Source: an uncultured Pseudomonadota bacterium (GTDB taxonomy: Bacteria > Pseudomonadota > Alphaproteobacteria > UBA9219). From it: DNA of 62,144 nucleotides. Where the stretch lies: the NCBI GenBank assembly GCA_903920205.1, contig CAIXLI010000074.1, positions 1 through 62,144 of the forward strand. Reading direction: 5' to 3'. Position numbers and translations under genes: made by a program. The notes below the pieces were generated by a model. The model had not been told where the DNA came from. It worked only from the letters and a program-made list of their open reading frames with translations, and searched no databases. This document shows, in pieces, positions 10,087-18,101 of the stretch; positions within the stretch are counted from its first letter, which is position 1; the number at the start of each line of letters is the position of its first letter.

Positions 10087-10953
10087 ATGACCGCCGCCCT
10101 ACACACGATCACGGAGAACATCGCCCCCGACATGCGTTTGGGAAGCTTGGAAGTCCGTCTCGCCAAAACCACCGAAGACATTGATAACGCGCAAGTGCTT
10201 CGCTACAAAACTTTCTACGAAGAAATGGGCGCGAAGGCGACGCCGGAGATGGAAAGCCTTCGCCGCGATTTCGACGAGCATGACAAATTTTGCGACCATC
10301 TGTTGCTGATCGACCATGCGAGAAAGAACAAAAACCCCGTCATCGGAACCTATCGCCTGATCCGCAGGGCAGCCGCCGATCAATGTGGAGGCTTTTATTC
10401 CAGTTCGGAATATGACGTTTCGCGCTTGCTGGCCTATCCCGGGGAAATTCTTGAATTGGGGCGTTCCTGCATTGATTCCGAATACCGCACAGGTGCCGTA
10501 ATGCAATTGCTGTGGCGCGGTCTTGGACTCTATATTGCCCGCCATAACGTTACGCTGATGTTCGGCTGCGCCAGCCTGCCTGGCACCGATCCGCAGGCGT
10601 TAAAAATCCCCCTATCCTATCTTTATCACCACCATCTCGCTCCCCCTGCCCTTCGCACCAAGGCTTTGCCGGAACGTTATGTCGATATGAAAATGCTGCC
10701 CCGCGAGGCCTTCGACCCCAATACCGCGTTCGAGGAGTTGAAGCTCGACCCGCGTAGCGGCAATAACAGCCTACCTCCGCTGATTAAGGGCTATATTCGC
10801 GTCGGCGGCTTTGTCGGTGACGGCGCTGTGGTGGATTATCAATTCAACACCACGGATATCTGCATTATCGTTAAGACAGATCTGATGACCCGTCGGTATC
10901 AAAGACACTACAATCTGGGTGGAAACACAGGGATCACCTTGCCTGTAGATTGA
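10087..10953 (+). CDS. olsB: Ornithine-acyl-ACP N-acyltransferase (GNAT/hemolysin-like), ornithine lipid synthesis
   Basis: LEVRLAKTTEDIDNAQVLRYKTFYEEMGA...RDFDEHDKFCDHLLLID...GTYRLI matches my memory of OlsB. It is followed by olsA. Confidence 0.8.
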   Translation: MTAALHTITENIAPDMRLGSLEVRLAKTTEDIDNAQVLRYKTFYEEMGAKATPEMESLRRDFDEHDKFCDHLLLIDHARKNKNPVIGTYRLIRRAAADQCGGFYSSSEYDVSRLLAYPGEILELGRSCIDSEYRTGAVMQLLWRGLGLYIARHNVTLMFGCASLPGTDPQALKIPLSYLYHHHLAPPALRTKALPERYVDMKMLPREAFDPNTAFEELKLDPRSGNNSLPPLIKGYIRVGGFVGDGAVVDYQFNTTDICIIVKTDLMTRRYQRHYNLGGNTGITLPVD

Positions 10954-10980
10954 TTTTCCATTCTGTGCCACAAACCGCGC

Positions 10981-11802
10981 ATGAAAAAGATTGACGATAG
11001 CATTGCGGTTGCAAGAGGCTTTTTGAAAGCGGCGGCGTTTTTGGCGCTTGTTGCCCTAGTGACTCCCGTCGCGGTTGTCTATAAACGTGTCGACCCTAGA
11101 CATCCGTTCAGGATTCCGCGCTTTTTCCATAGTACGCTGTTACGTCTTTTGGGCATTCGCCTGCGTATCTATGGAGAGCCTTCGACTGCTTCGCCTGTCT
11201 TGTTCGTCGCCAACCATGTGTCCTATCTCGATGTTATTGTTTTAGGCTCCGTCCTGCCTGCGGGATTTGTCGCCAAATCCGAAGTCGCGGGATGGCCTTT
11301 GTTCGGCTTTTTAGCGCGGGTGCAAAATACGGTTTTTATCGAACGCCGCTCGACCCGCGCAGCAGAACAGCGCACACAACTACAAGATCACATCGCCCAA
11401 CGGCAAGACCTTATCTTGTTTCCCGAAGGCACCTCTTCAGACGGGCTGACGGTTTTGCCGTTCAAAAGCAGCCTGTTTGGCATCGTCGAAGATTTTCCCC
11501 ATGCTGTGCCTATCACGGTGCAACCAGTCTCCGTAACATGTACCGAACTGGACGGCTTTCCTTTATTGCGCGAGGAGCGTGCCTTATTCGCTTGGTACGG
11601 CGACATGACCCTGCCGCCGCATTTATGGAATGTCTTCAAACGCGGCGGATTTACCGTCGAAATTATCTTCCACGCGCCGCTGACAACCGCCGATTGCCAG
11701 AACCGCAAGGTTTTGGCGACGACCTGCCAAAGTTTGGTCGCCCAAGGGGTTGAGCAGTCCCTCGCGCGACGTGCTGCCATCGTCGACGAAGACGATCAGT
11801 AA
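10981..11802 (+). CDS. olsA: Lyso-ornithine lipid O-acyltransferase / 1-acyl-glycerol-3-phosphate acyltransferase family
   Basis: N-terminal TM segment, NHVSYLD (HX4D) and FPEGTSS motifs, adjacent to olsB. Confidence 0.8.
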   Translation: MKKIDDSIAVARGFLKAAAFLALVALVTPVAVVYKRVDPRHPFRIPRFFHSTLLRLLGIRLRIYGEPSTASPVLFVANHVSYLDVIVLGSVLPAGFVAKSEVAGWPLFGFLARVQNTVFIERRSTRAAEQRTQLQDHIAQRQDLILFPEGTSSDGLTVLPFKSSLFGIVEDFPHAVPITVQPVSVTCTELDGFPLLREERALFAWYGDMTLPPHLWNVFKRGGFTVEIIFHAPLTTADCQNRKVLATTCQSLVAQGVEQSLARRAAIVDEDDQ

Positions 11803-11817
11803 CAGCCCCTGCTTGCA

Positions 11818-13116
11818 TCAGCCAACGCAATCGGATGCACATGATGAAAGAGCAAGCGGCGCGTAGGCGAAGGTCTCGGAAACATTACTCCTCTTCTCTG
11901 AACGATCCGGCGCGGCATGCAGGAACGTCCTGATTGTTTCCCGCGTCGGGCCGTAACTTGTTAGAATTTTTGTCGAGGAAACAACAGTCGTCGCTTCTGC
12001 CAAGAAATGATCGACGGCCCCCCTCTTTTTCAAACCACCGGCAATAAAATGCGCTTCGTCGTCGATCTGGTCGAGACACGTCATTGCCAAAGAAGGAACG
12101 ACGGCAACAACGCCGACGGCATGGCTAAGATCGTGCCGGATCGACTTTCGCAAAAGATCAAGATCAAGCCAACCAAAACGAAGTGTTCCCTGATGGGGAT
12201 TAGGCACGTTTGTAAGATCGACGATTTTCTCGTAGGGTTTTTCGGCAAGCTCGTGCGGCATAGGGCCTGCGCCATGCCGCGTCGCATAGCACCGCGAGGC
12301 ATAATAAGCGTTCACGACACGGATACCCGCTTCTTTCGCCAGAGAGGAGGCGTTCCTGATGCCCGTGTTGGATCGCGTGACATGGGGAAACCACTTATGA
12401 TTCTGATCCAACAGAAGCCCCTGTGCCCCTTCGAATATGACATGCCGCGCCGACGCAACGACGGATAGCGTCGAGGGACGCACCTGCCCAAGAAAAGCCG
12501 AGACATCGCGCATAAAGGCCAAAACCACGCCTGATGACGCGATATGTTCTTTCCAGGCGGGGGGGATTGATGCAATCCCCAGTTTTTGCAAACGCTCTGG
12601 CACCCACTCTTCACGGATCAGCTTCAGCTTTGCCTCCAAAACAGACACATCATAGAGATCGGCGATACGCAAAGCGTATCTTACGTGTTGCTGACGCTCG
12701 ACCGTTTCCCCGATGCCCAGACCGCAGCTTCCATGGCGGCTTGCGCCGCGGCTTTCTTCGATCATCTGGTTTATCATCATGTCGTAGGGCGTCGTCACCG
12801 GTGCGGAAGGATCGACGAAGACTTTAGGTTTCAAACCTATTTTCTCCAAGCGCCTCGCTTCAGCAAGAAACATAATGGGATTGCAGATGAAAAACCGACT
12901 CAGATAAGTCGAACTGCCGCAAAAACTCCCGCTACCGAAATGGTTGAAGACATGCCGTCTTCCATCCGGCGCAGTGACTGTATGCCCCGCCTGCGCACCC
13001 CCACAAAAACGCACAACCAGCGCGTCTTTGCCGTAAGGCGCGGCGAGGTAATCTGTCAGAAGGCCTTTACCCTCGTCTCCCCAGTTAGCTCCTATAACGA
13101 CGTCCGCTGTTCTCAT
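11818..13116 (-). CDS. Divergent adenylosuccinate synthetase (PurA) family paralog
   Basis: VVIGANWGDEGKGLLTDYL (P-loop with catalytic Asp), GGAQAGHT, GSCGLGIGETV, FEGAQGLLLDQNHKWFPHVTRSNTG, ATRHGAGPMPHEL, GTLRFGWLD and MTCLDQID are collinear with PurA motifs. The sequence between these blocks is strongly diverged. Confidence 0.8.
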   Translation of the reverse strand: MRTADVVIGANWGDEGKGLLTDYLAAPYGKDALVVRFCGGAQAGHTVTAPDGRRHVFNHFGSGSFCGSSTYLSRFFICNPIMFLAEARRLEKIGLKPKVFVDPSAPVTTPYDMMINQMIEESRGASRHGSCGLGIGETVERQQHVRYALRIADLYDVSVLEAKLKLIREEWVPERLQKLGIASIPPAWKEHIASSGVVLAFMRDVSAFLGQVRPSTLSVVASARHVIFEGAQGLLLDQNHKWFPHVTRSNTGIRNASSLAKEAGIRVVNAYYASRCYATRHGAGPMPHELAEKPYEKIVDLTNVPNPHQGTLRFGWLDLDLLRKSIRHDLSHAVGVVAVVPSLAMTCLDQIDDEAHFIAGGLKKRGAVDHFLAEATTVVSSTKILTSYGPTRETIRTFLHAAPDRSEKRSNVSETFAYAPLALSSCASDCVG

Positions 13117-13143
13117 GTCATTTCTCCTATCGTTGGCCCCTAT

Positions 13144-13177
13144 CCTGCTTCGGCGCTGTGCGGAACGCCGAAGCAGG
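13144..13177 (-). other. Perfect 12-bp-stem intercistronic hairpin between the vWA gene and the PurA-like gene
   Basis: CCTGCTTCGGCG (13144-13155) and CGCCGAAGCAGG (13166-13177) around a 10-nt loop. No U-run follows in the direction of transcription. Confidence 0.7.
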
Positions 13178-13188
13178 CAGGGCTTTGT

Positions 13189-14130
13189 TTACGAACCGAC
13201 TCCAGGCGCTGGCCTCCAGACCGAAGGCCTACCGACTCCGCGCTTTGCAGACGGCACGTTTTTCAAAGCATCAACAACGGCCAGTTCCGTACTTCCCGAC
13301 CATGTTTTGGCGACATCCGCCGTCAATTCCCCTGCATGAACCCGCAAGGTCGCGGCGATAATCTCCGGCAGATGCTCATGGTTCTTCAGAACAATGACGC
13401 GTTCCTCGCCCATGATGCGCCTCCAACGTTCGATCACATCCCGGTACGATCCGTGCTCGCTCTCGCCGTGCGTACAGACGATGTGATAGAGGTTGAAGTG
13501 CTTCTCCGCCTGCAGCATGAGATCTTCGCTGCTGACATCCTCCGACACGGTATCGCCGAAGATCGCCTTGATCTGCCGCGCCTCAAGCTTGGGGTGAAGA
13601 TGTTCATCGCCGATGGTAAAAAGGATTCCCTTTTTTCCGCGCTTGATCAACGAATCCAACTTCGTCTTCTTGGCAGCGAAATACCAAGCCAGAGAATAGC
13701 TTTCGCCTCCGTTTCCGCCCCCGTTGCCCTCCAGATAGATGTCCGTCAGCTGCTTAGCGATGCGGATGTCGGATTCAAACTGGCTCGCTTGAAAAGGAGC
13801 CTCATCACAGTAAGCGTCACCGACGGCGGCCATCAGGAACTGAGGATCTGGAACAGGTTTGTGTTCCAAGGTCTGCTCAATCACGGTAGGCAACCCCGTC
13901 TTCACCATTTCTGCAGGGATCCTGCTCATCGATCCGGTCACGTCAAACGCGATGATGATCGGCGTCGACTCAGGATGATCGGCGGAATCGCAGGATTCGC
14001 GCACGGTAATGTTTTTCGGATCGTAGTCAGGATGTATGACGCTCTGTGTAAAGATTTGCGCCGTAGATTTTCCGGCATTGGACGCGCTATAGCTGCCCCA
14101 ATCCGTCGAAGTCCAACTTCCTCCACCCAT
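13189..14130 (-). CDS. von Willebrand factor A (vWA) domain protein with MIDAS motif
   Basis: IIIAFDVTGSMSRIP (DxTxS MIDAS), a later FESD...LEGNGGGNGGESY block, and FTIGDE. TAGGAGG RBS directly upstream. Only 9 nt separate it from the preceding stop. Confidence 0.75.
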   Translation of the reverse strand: MGGGSWTSTDWGSYSASNAGKSTAQIFTQSVIHPDYDPKNITVRESCDSADHPESTPIIIAFDVTGSMSRIPAEMVKTGLPTVIEQTLEHKPVPDPQFLMAAVGDAYCDEAPFQASQFESDIRIAKQLTDIYLEGNGGGNGGESYSLAWYFAAKKTKLDSLIKRGKKGILFTIGDEHLHPKLEARQIKAIFGDTVSEDVSSEDLMLQAEKHFNLYHIVCTHGESEHGSYRDVIERWRRIMGEERVIVLKNHEHLPEIIAATLRVHAGELTADVAKTWSGSTELAVVDALKNVPSAKRGVGRPSVWRPAPGVGS

Positions 14131-14139
14131 GATAGCCTC

Positions 14140-15225
14140 CTATGTCGGTTGATAAATGTCGCTAAAAGAGATATTCAGCTCGGTGAAGCGACGGGCGCCG
14201 AAGCTGTCCTTAAGAATTTCTTCCGACCAAACCCTGAAGTCCTTGAAGGCATCGCCGGAAGACGCGTCCGTGAGCCACTGCGCCATAGGGCGAGGCACTT
14301 TTTTGTCGCGCAGGATCAAAGAGCCGGTTGGATCGCCCAACAGATCGCGCCCCACGGCACGGATCATTTCCAGATCGACCCTGCGCGTCGCTTTGCCGCT
14401 GGCCAGAACGCCGTGCGGAACATTGTCGAGCGCGGCGCCGGGCAAGCCCTTTAGCGCTGTATTTTCACGCGCCGCGTACCACCACCCGCCAAGCAGCGCT
14501 GCCGTGTGCATCTGCGGCGCGACAAAAACCGTGTCTGTTGAAATCCCGTTGTGAGTCTGTCCGTTGACCTGAAGAAAGCAGGCGAAGCTGTGCAGACGGC
14601 TCAAGATCCACGCCACATGCTTCGGATCCATAGATTGCCCGGTCGATTGCAAAAGATGGTCACGCAAGTCCGCCAGCAAAACCATGTCAGGAGCTTTTTT
14701 GAAAACGCTGACGATCAATGTCCCCGTATCAAAAAAGTCGATCAGGTTCGGAAACTTGTCGGAAAATTCTTTGCGCAACTTGTCGTCGGCATAGGCGATC
14801 CCTTTGATAGCCTCGACCCCGTTGACGGCCAGATCTCCGCCCATTGTTTTGTCGATCGCAAAGGCAACGACGCCAACGCCGAGATAAAGCCTGCCCAATT
14901 CGAACGCATGCTCTTTGACGTAGCGCAGCTTGCGCACCCGTCCGTCCCTGCCGGTCAGGCGCAGCAATCCAGGTTCGCTCCATGTTCCTGAAGCCAGCTT
15001 GTCTCCGGCTTTGGCGTAGAGCGCATAAATATGAGCAAAGACGCTTTCGGCCTGAGGGTTCTTGCTGACATCGGGATGCCACAACTTGGACAACGCCCTA
15101 AATTCCGATTTCAGCGCTCCTGCATCGCCGGAGAACAAACGTTCGGGTTCGTTTCCGGCAATAGCCAATATCTGGCTTGCGGAAAATTTTTCAAATTCGT
15201 GTCTGTGTGCGTGTGCTGTTGTCAT
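14140..15225 (-). CDS. J-domain protein fused to a protein-kinase-like (probably catalytically dead) domain
   Basis: LKSEFRALSKLWHPDVSKNPQAESVFAHIYALY carries the HPD signature at residues 50-52. Downstream, VAFAIDK (about residue 120), ILSRLHSFACFLQVNGQTHNGISTDTVFV (about 207-235) and LLGGWW (about 244) are spaced like kinase VAIK, HRD-loop and DFG, with the catalytic residues substituted. Confidence 0.65.
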   Translation of the reverse strand: MTTAHAHRHEFEKFSASQILAIAGNEPERLFSGDAGALKSEFRALSKLWHPDVSKNPQAESVFAHIYALYAKAGDKLASGTWSEPGLLRLTGRDGRVRKLRYVKEHAFELGRLYLGVGVVAFAIDKTMGGDLAVNGVEAIKGIAYADDKLRKEFSDKFPNLIDFFDTGTLIVSVFKKAPDMVLLADLRDHLLQSTGQSMDPKHVAWILSRLHSFACFLQVNGQTHNGISTDTVFVAPQMHTAALLGGWWYAARENTALKGLPGAALDNVPHGVLASGKATRRVDLEMIRAVGRDLLGDPTGSLILRDKKVPRPMAQWLTDASSGDAFKDFRVWSEEILKDSFGARRFTELNISFSDIYQPT

Positions 15226-15341
15226 GATGGTATTGCATCACGACGGCGACGCTGCTCTCAATTTCAAACCGACAAAGCGCCGATGAAAGCAAAAACTATT
15301 TTTACATTCTTGTGACGCAGCGCATAGCTTTTCGGAATTGT

Positions 15342-15357
15342 TGTGAAGTGCGTCACA
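15342..15357. promoter_or_regulatory. Perfect CRP-type palindrome TGTGA-N6-TCACA
   Basis: TGTGAAGTGCGTCACA read directly from the sequence. An extra TGTGA half-site lies at 15311-15315. Located between the divergent J-domain operon (start 15225) and the Crp-family gene (start 15618). Confidence 0.7.
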
Positions 15358-15617
15358 GCGACAATTTTTTCGGCAAAATTTTTGCGCAAAAATGGCGACT
15401 CATTCTCCCCATTTTTTGACGGACAAACCGTTCGCAAAACAAATGCCGCCCATCAGAAAAACCTTCCGCGCTTTACCCCCGCCTGATGAGATCGCAAAAT
15501 CAACCGCAAGGTAATAGAAGCGGCGCCGGAAGGCGCACCGCAAGATTAACCTTACTTTAGTTGCCCTTTTTTGATCGGAATTTGCTATCATGCAAACTTC
15601 CATGCGACGCGATAACG

Positions 15618-16340
15618 ATGGAGTTTAGTTTAATGCTTGATGAATATAACTGCGACGACCGTTTGGTTTACAACGATTGGTTCGGGCTATTCCCCTACCA
15701 TATCCGCACACAGCTTTTTAATAAGGCCGAAGCGCGGCAGACCAAAGCGGGCAAACCGATTTTCCAAAAAGGAGAAGACGGCCCGTGGTTGATCGCCATC
15801 ACATCGGGGCGCGTGCGTATTTGTCTGCACACGGAAGACGGGCGTGAAATGTTGATTAGCATGGCTGAACGCGGCGAGATATGCGGCGAACGCGCCGTGT
15901 TCGACGGCTTGCCCCGTTCGGGCGACGCCATCGCGGAAGAGGACACGGCCTATCTGGTGTTCAAGCGCGAAGATCTGATGCCCGCGCTGTATTCCTATCC
16001 CGACGCGATGATGTACCTCGTCAAGATTCTTTCCGTCCGCCTTGTGCGCTATATGAACACGATGGAACTTTACGCGATGCAGTCGCTTCCTGTGCGGCTG
16101 GCGAATTTTCTGATTTTCTTCGGTCAAAAATACGGCAAAGAAATCGACGGCAAGATTGTCCTACCCTTCAATCTAAGCCAAACAGACCTCAGCCGCCAAA
16201 TCGCCAGCTCACGCGAAAGCGTCAATCGCCAAGTAAAAAACTTTGTGACAAGGGGGCTGATCAGTCTGGGAAAAGAAGGAATTGAAATTCTTGACATCTC
16301 GGGTCTGGAAGCAGTTTGCCGCTCGACCGAAAAAGAGTGA
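15618..16340 (+). CDS. Crp/Fnr-family transcriptional regulator (cNMP-binding domain plus HTH)
   Basis: Start at the internal ATG (MEFSLMLDEY). Has a beta-roll cNMP-binding-like region. HTH is LSQTDLSRQIASSRESVNRQVK with an R-E-x-x-x-R recognition pattern like CRP. No N-terminal FNR Cys cluster. Confidence 0.8.
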   Translation: MEFSLMLDEYNCDDRLVYNDWFGLFPYHIRTQLFNKAEARQTKAGKPIFQKGEDGPWLIAITSGRVRICLHTEDGREMLISMAERGEICGERAVFDGLPRSGDAIAEEDTAYLVFKREDLMPALYSYPDAMMYLVKILSVRLVRYMNTMELYAMQSLPVRLANFLIFFGQKYGKEIDGKIVLPFNLSQTDLSRQIASSRESVNRQVKNFVTRGLISLGKEGIEILDISGLEAVCRSTEKE

Positions 16341-16374
16341 CGTCCGCAAAGAAACTATCGCGTAAACCCACGTT

Positions 16375-18018
16375 TTACGCCTCTGTCGCCTGCTGAGCTT
16401 CCGCTCCCGAAAGAAGCCTTCCCTGTTTTTTAGACTTGAGAAGTTGGCGTGCACGCTCATAGCGCGGGTCGTTCCAGAAATGCTGGCAGCCGTTACATCC
16501 CCGCCCACAGCAACCCTCGACGCCCAAACGCGGGGTGCGAAAGGTAACGCCTTCGTTTTGGACGGCAACCGCCTCGACTAATTCCTGACGTTTTTTCTGA
16601 TAGATTTCTTCGCGGGCTTTGCCGCGTTCGACCTCTTGCGCGACGACGTCGAGCTTGAGCCGCGCCCAAGCATCTTGGCTAAGGGCACGTTCCTTACGCA
16701 CGATGGTGTAAGGGGGAAAGTCTTTGCTCAAACGCGTGGCATCTTCTTCATGAAACCACGCAAAGGGAATACGCAACAAAGGCTGCTGCCCTGCGTTGAT
16801 GCCCTCGGTCGTAAAAGTGCGTTTGTGGCGAATATCCTGAAATTCATAAATGCGCAGAAGCAGAGGCACGAGGGAAGCAGGAGAAATAAATTCCAGAACA
16901 TCGCCCTGTTCCATCCGGTTTTTAATATCGAGCATAAAGGCATCTTCCGTCACCTCGACAACAATGCCCGCATATTCCCATTCCGCCAGCGTATGCGTGT
17001 CCTCGAAATTATGTGCGTGGTGTTTAAGTTTCCCTTCGTGGAAGGCCAGCGAATAGCCGCGATTGGGAATTGTCGCCAATTCGCGCATATAGGCATCGGG
17101 TTGCCACGCGGTCGGATTTTCCCGCCAATCATCGATAGCCATGCGATAGGCTCGCGCCGTCACCGCCACATAATAGGCGCTGCGATTACGCCCTTCCACT
17201 TTAAGCGAGTCGATACCCAGCGCCAGATAATCGTTTAAACGCGGCATCAAACACAAATCCTTGGCGTTTAGGATATAGGAGCCTCGCTCGTCCTCCTCCA
17301 ACGTCATCAATTCGCCCGGGCGCTGTTCTTCTTCGAGGAAGAAATCGAAAAGTTCCCGCGTCTCGTCGTTCAGCTCCAGCTCTTTCAGCGTACCGTCTTT
17401 CAAACGAAGCTTGACGGTATAATTCCATCGGCAGGAATTCGCGCAATTCCCTTGGTTCGCCCCGCGTTCCGCCAAATAGTTCGACAAAAGGCACCGCCCC
17501 GAATAGGTCATGCACATCGCGCCATGAACAAAGGCTTCCAGCTTAACATTCGGGCACTTGGCGCGGATTTCTTTCAACTCGTCAAACGACACTTCGCGGG
17601 CAAGAACGATCAAATCCGCGCCCAGAGATTCCCAAAACTGCACAGAAAGCCACGAACACACATTCGCCTGCGTCGAAATATGCAAATCCAACTCCGGCGC
17701 GGCATTTTTGACGAAATGAAACACGCCCGGATCAGCGATGATGACGCCGTCGGGCTTCGCCTTGCGGATCGTTTCGACATATTCCGGCAGTTTCTCGATG
17801 TCGCAGTTATGTGAAAACAGATTGAGCGTCAGATAAGCGCGTTTGCCATGCGCATGAGCAAACGCGATGCCCTCGACCACTTCCTCCAACGTAAAATTCG
17901 ATCGCGTACGCAACGACAGATCAGGCGTGCCCATATAAACGGCATCCGCGCCATAAAGAACGGCAACCTTCAATTTTTCCAGCGATCCCGCTGGCATAAG
18001 CAATTCGGCGGTTTTCAT
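16375..18018 (-). CDS. Peptidase U32 family protein with Cys-rich C-terminal tail
   Basis: 547 aa. MKTAELLMPAGSLEKLKVAVLYGADAVY is a U32 N-terminus. Contains the GAMCMTYSGRCLLSNY region. C-terminal GVEGCCGRGCNGCQHFW. Confidence 0.8.
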   Translation of the reverse strand: MKTAELLMPAGSLEKLKVAVLYGADAVYMGTPDLSLRTRSNFTLEEVVEGIAFAHAHGKRAYLTLNLFSHNCDIEKLPEYVETIRKAKPDGVIIADPGVFHFVKNAAPELDLHISTQANVCSWLSVQFWESLGADLIVLAREVSFDELKEIRAKCPNVKLEAFVHGAMCMTYSGRCLLSNYLAERGANQGNCANSCRWNYTVKLRLKDGTLKELELNDETRELFDFFLEEEQRPGELMTLEEDERGSYILNAKDLCLMPRLNDYLALGIDSLKVEGRNRSAYYVAVTARAYRMAIDDWRENPTAWQPDAYMRELATIPNRGYSLAFHEGKLKHHAHNFEDTHTLAEWEYAGIVVEVTEDAFMLDIKNRMEQGDVLEFISPASLVPLLLRIYEFQDIRHKRTFTTEGINAGQQPLLRIPFAWFHEEDATRLSKDFPPYTIVRKERALSQDAWARLKLDVVAQEVERGKAREEIYQKKRQELVEAVAVQNEGVTFRTPRLGVEGCCGRGCNGCQHFWNDPRYERARQLLKSKKQGRLLSGAEAQQATEA

Positions 18019-18101
18019 GGGGCGTTCCCTCTCGTCCTCCAGACGACCTTAACCTTATAGCCCGATTCTTTAGCAGACTTCCTGAAGGTTTGATCCCCTA
18101 T

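Noticed and set aside
11818-13116. Calling this gene the housekeeping purA
   Set aside because: Only the short catalytic blocks match. The inter-motif sequence and several substrate-loop residues differ from alphaproteobacterial PurA as I know it, and the gene is operonic with vWA and J-domain genes. I cannot exclude it without seeing the rest of the genome.
12586-14454. 622-aa plus-strand ORF spanning the PurA-like, vWA and J-domain genes
   Set aside because: It is antisense to three motif-bearing genes. Its translation is Arg/Pro/Ala-rich low-information sequence with no motifs. Long antisense ORFs are expected in GC-rich DNA.
15571-15591. TTGATCGGAATTTGCTATCA as a possible FNR box upstream of the Crp-family gene
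   Set aside because: Half-site spacing is 11 nt rather than the 4 nt of TTGAT-N4-ATCAA. It also lies inside or very near the alternative TTG-start reading frame.
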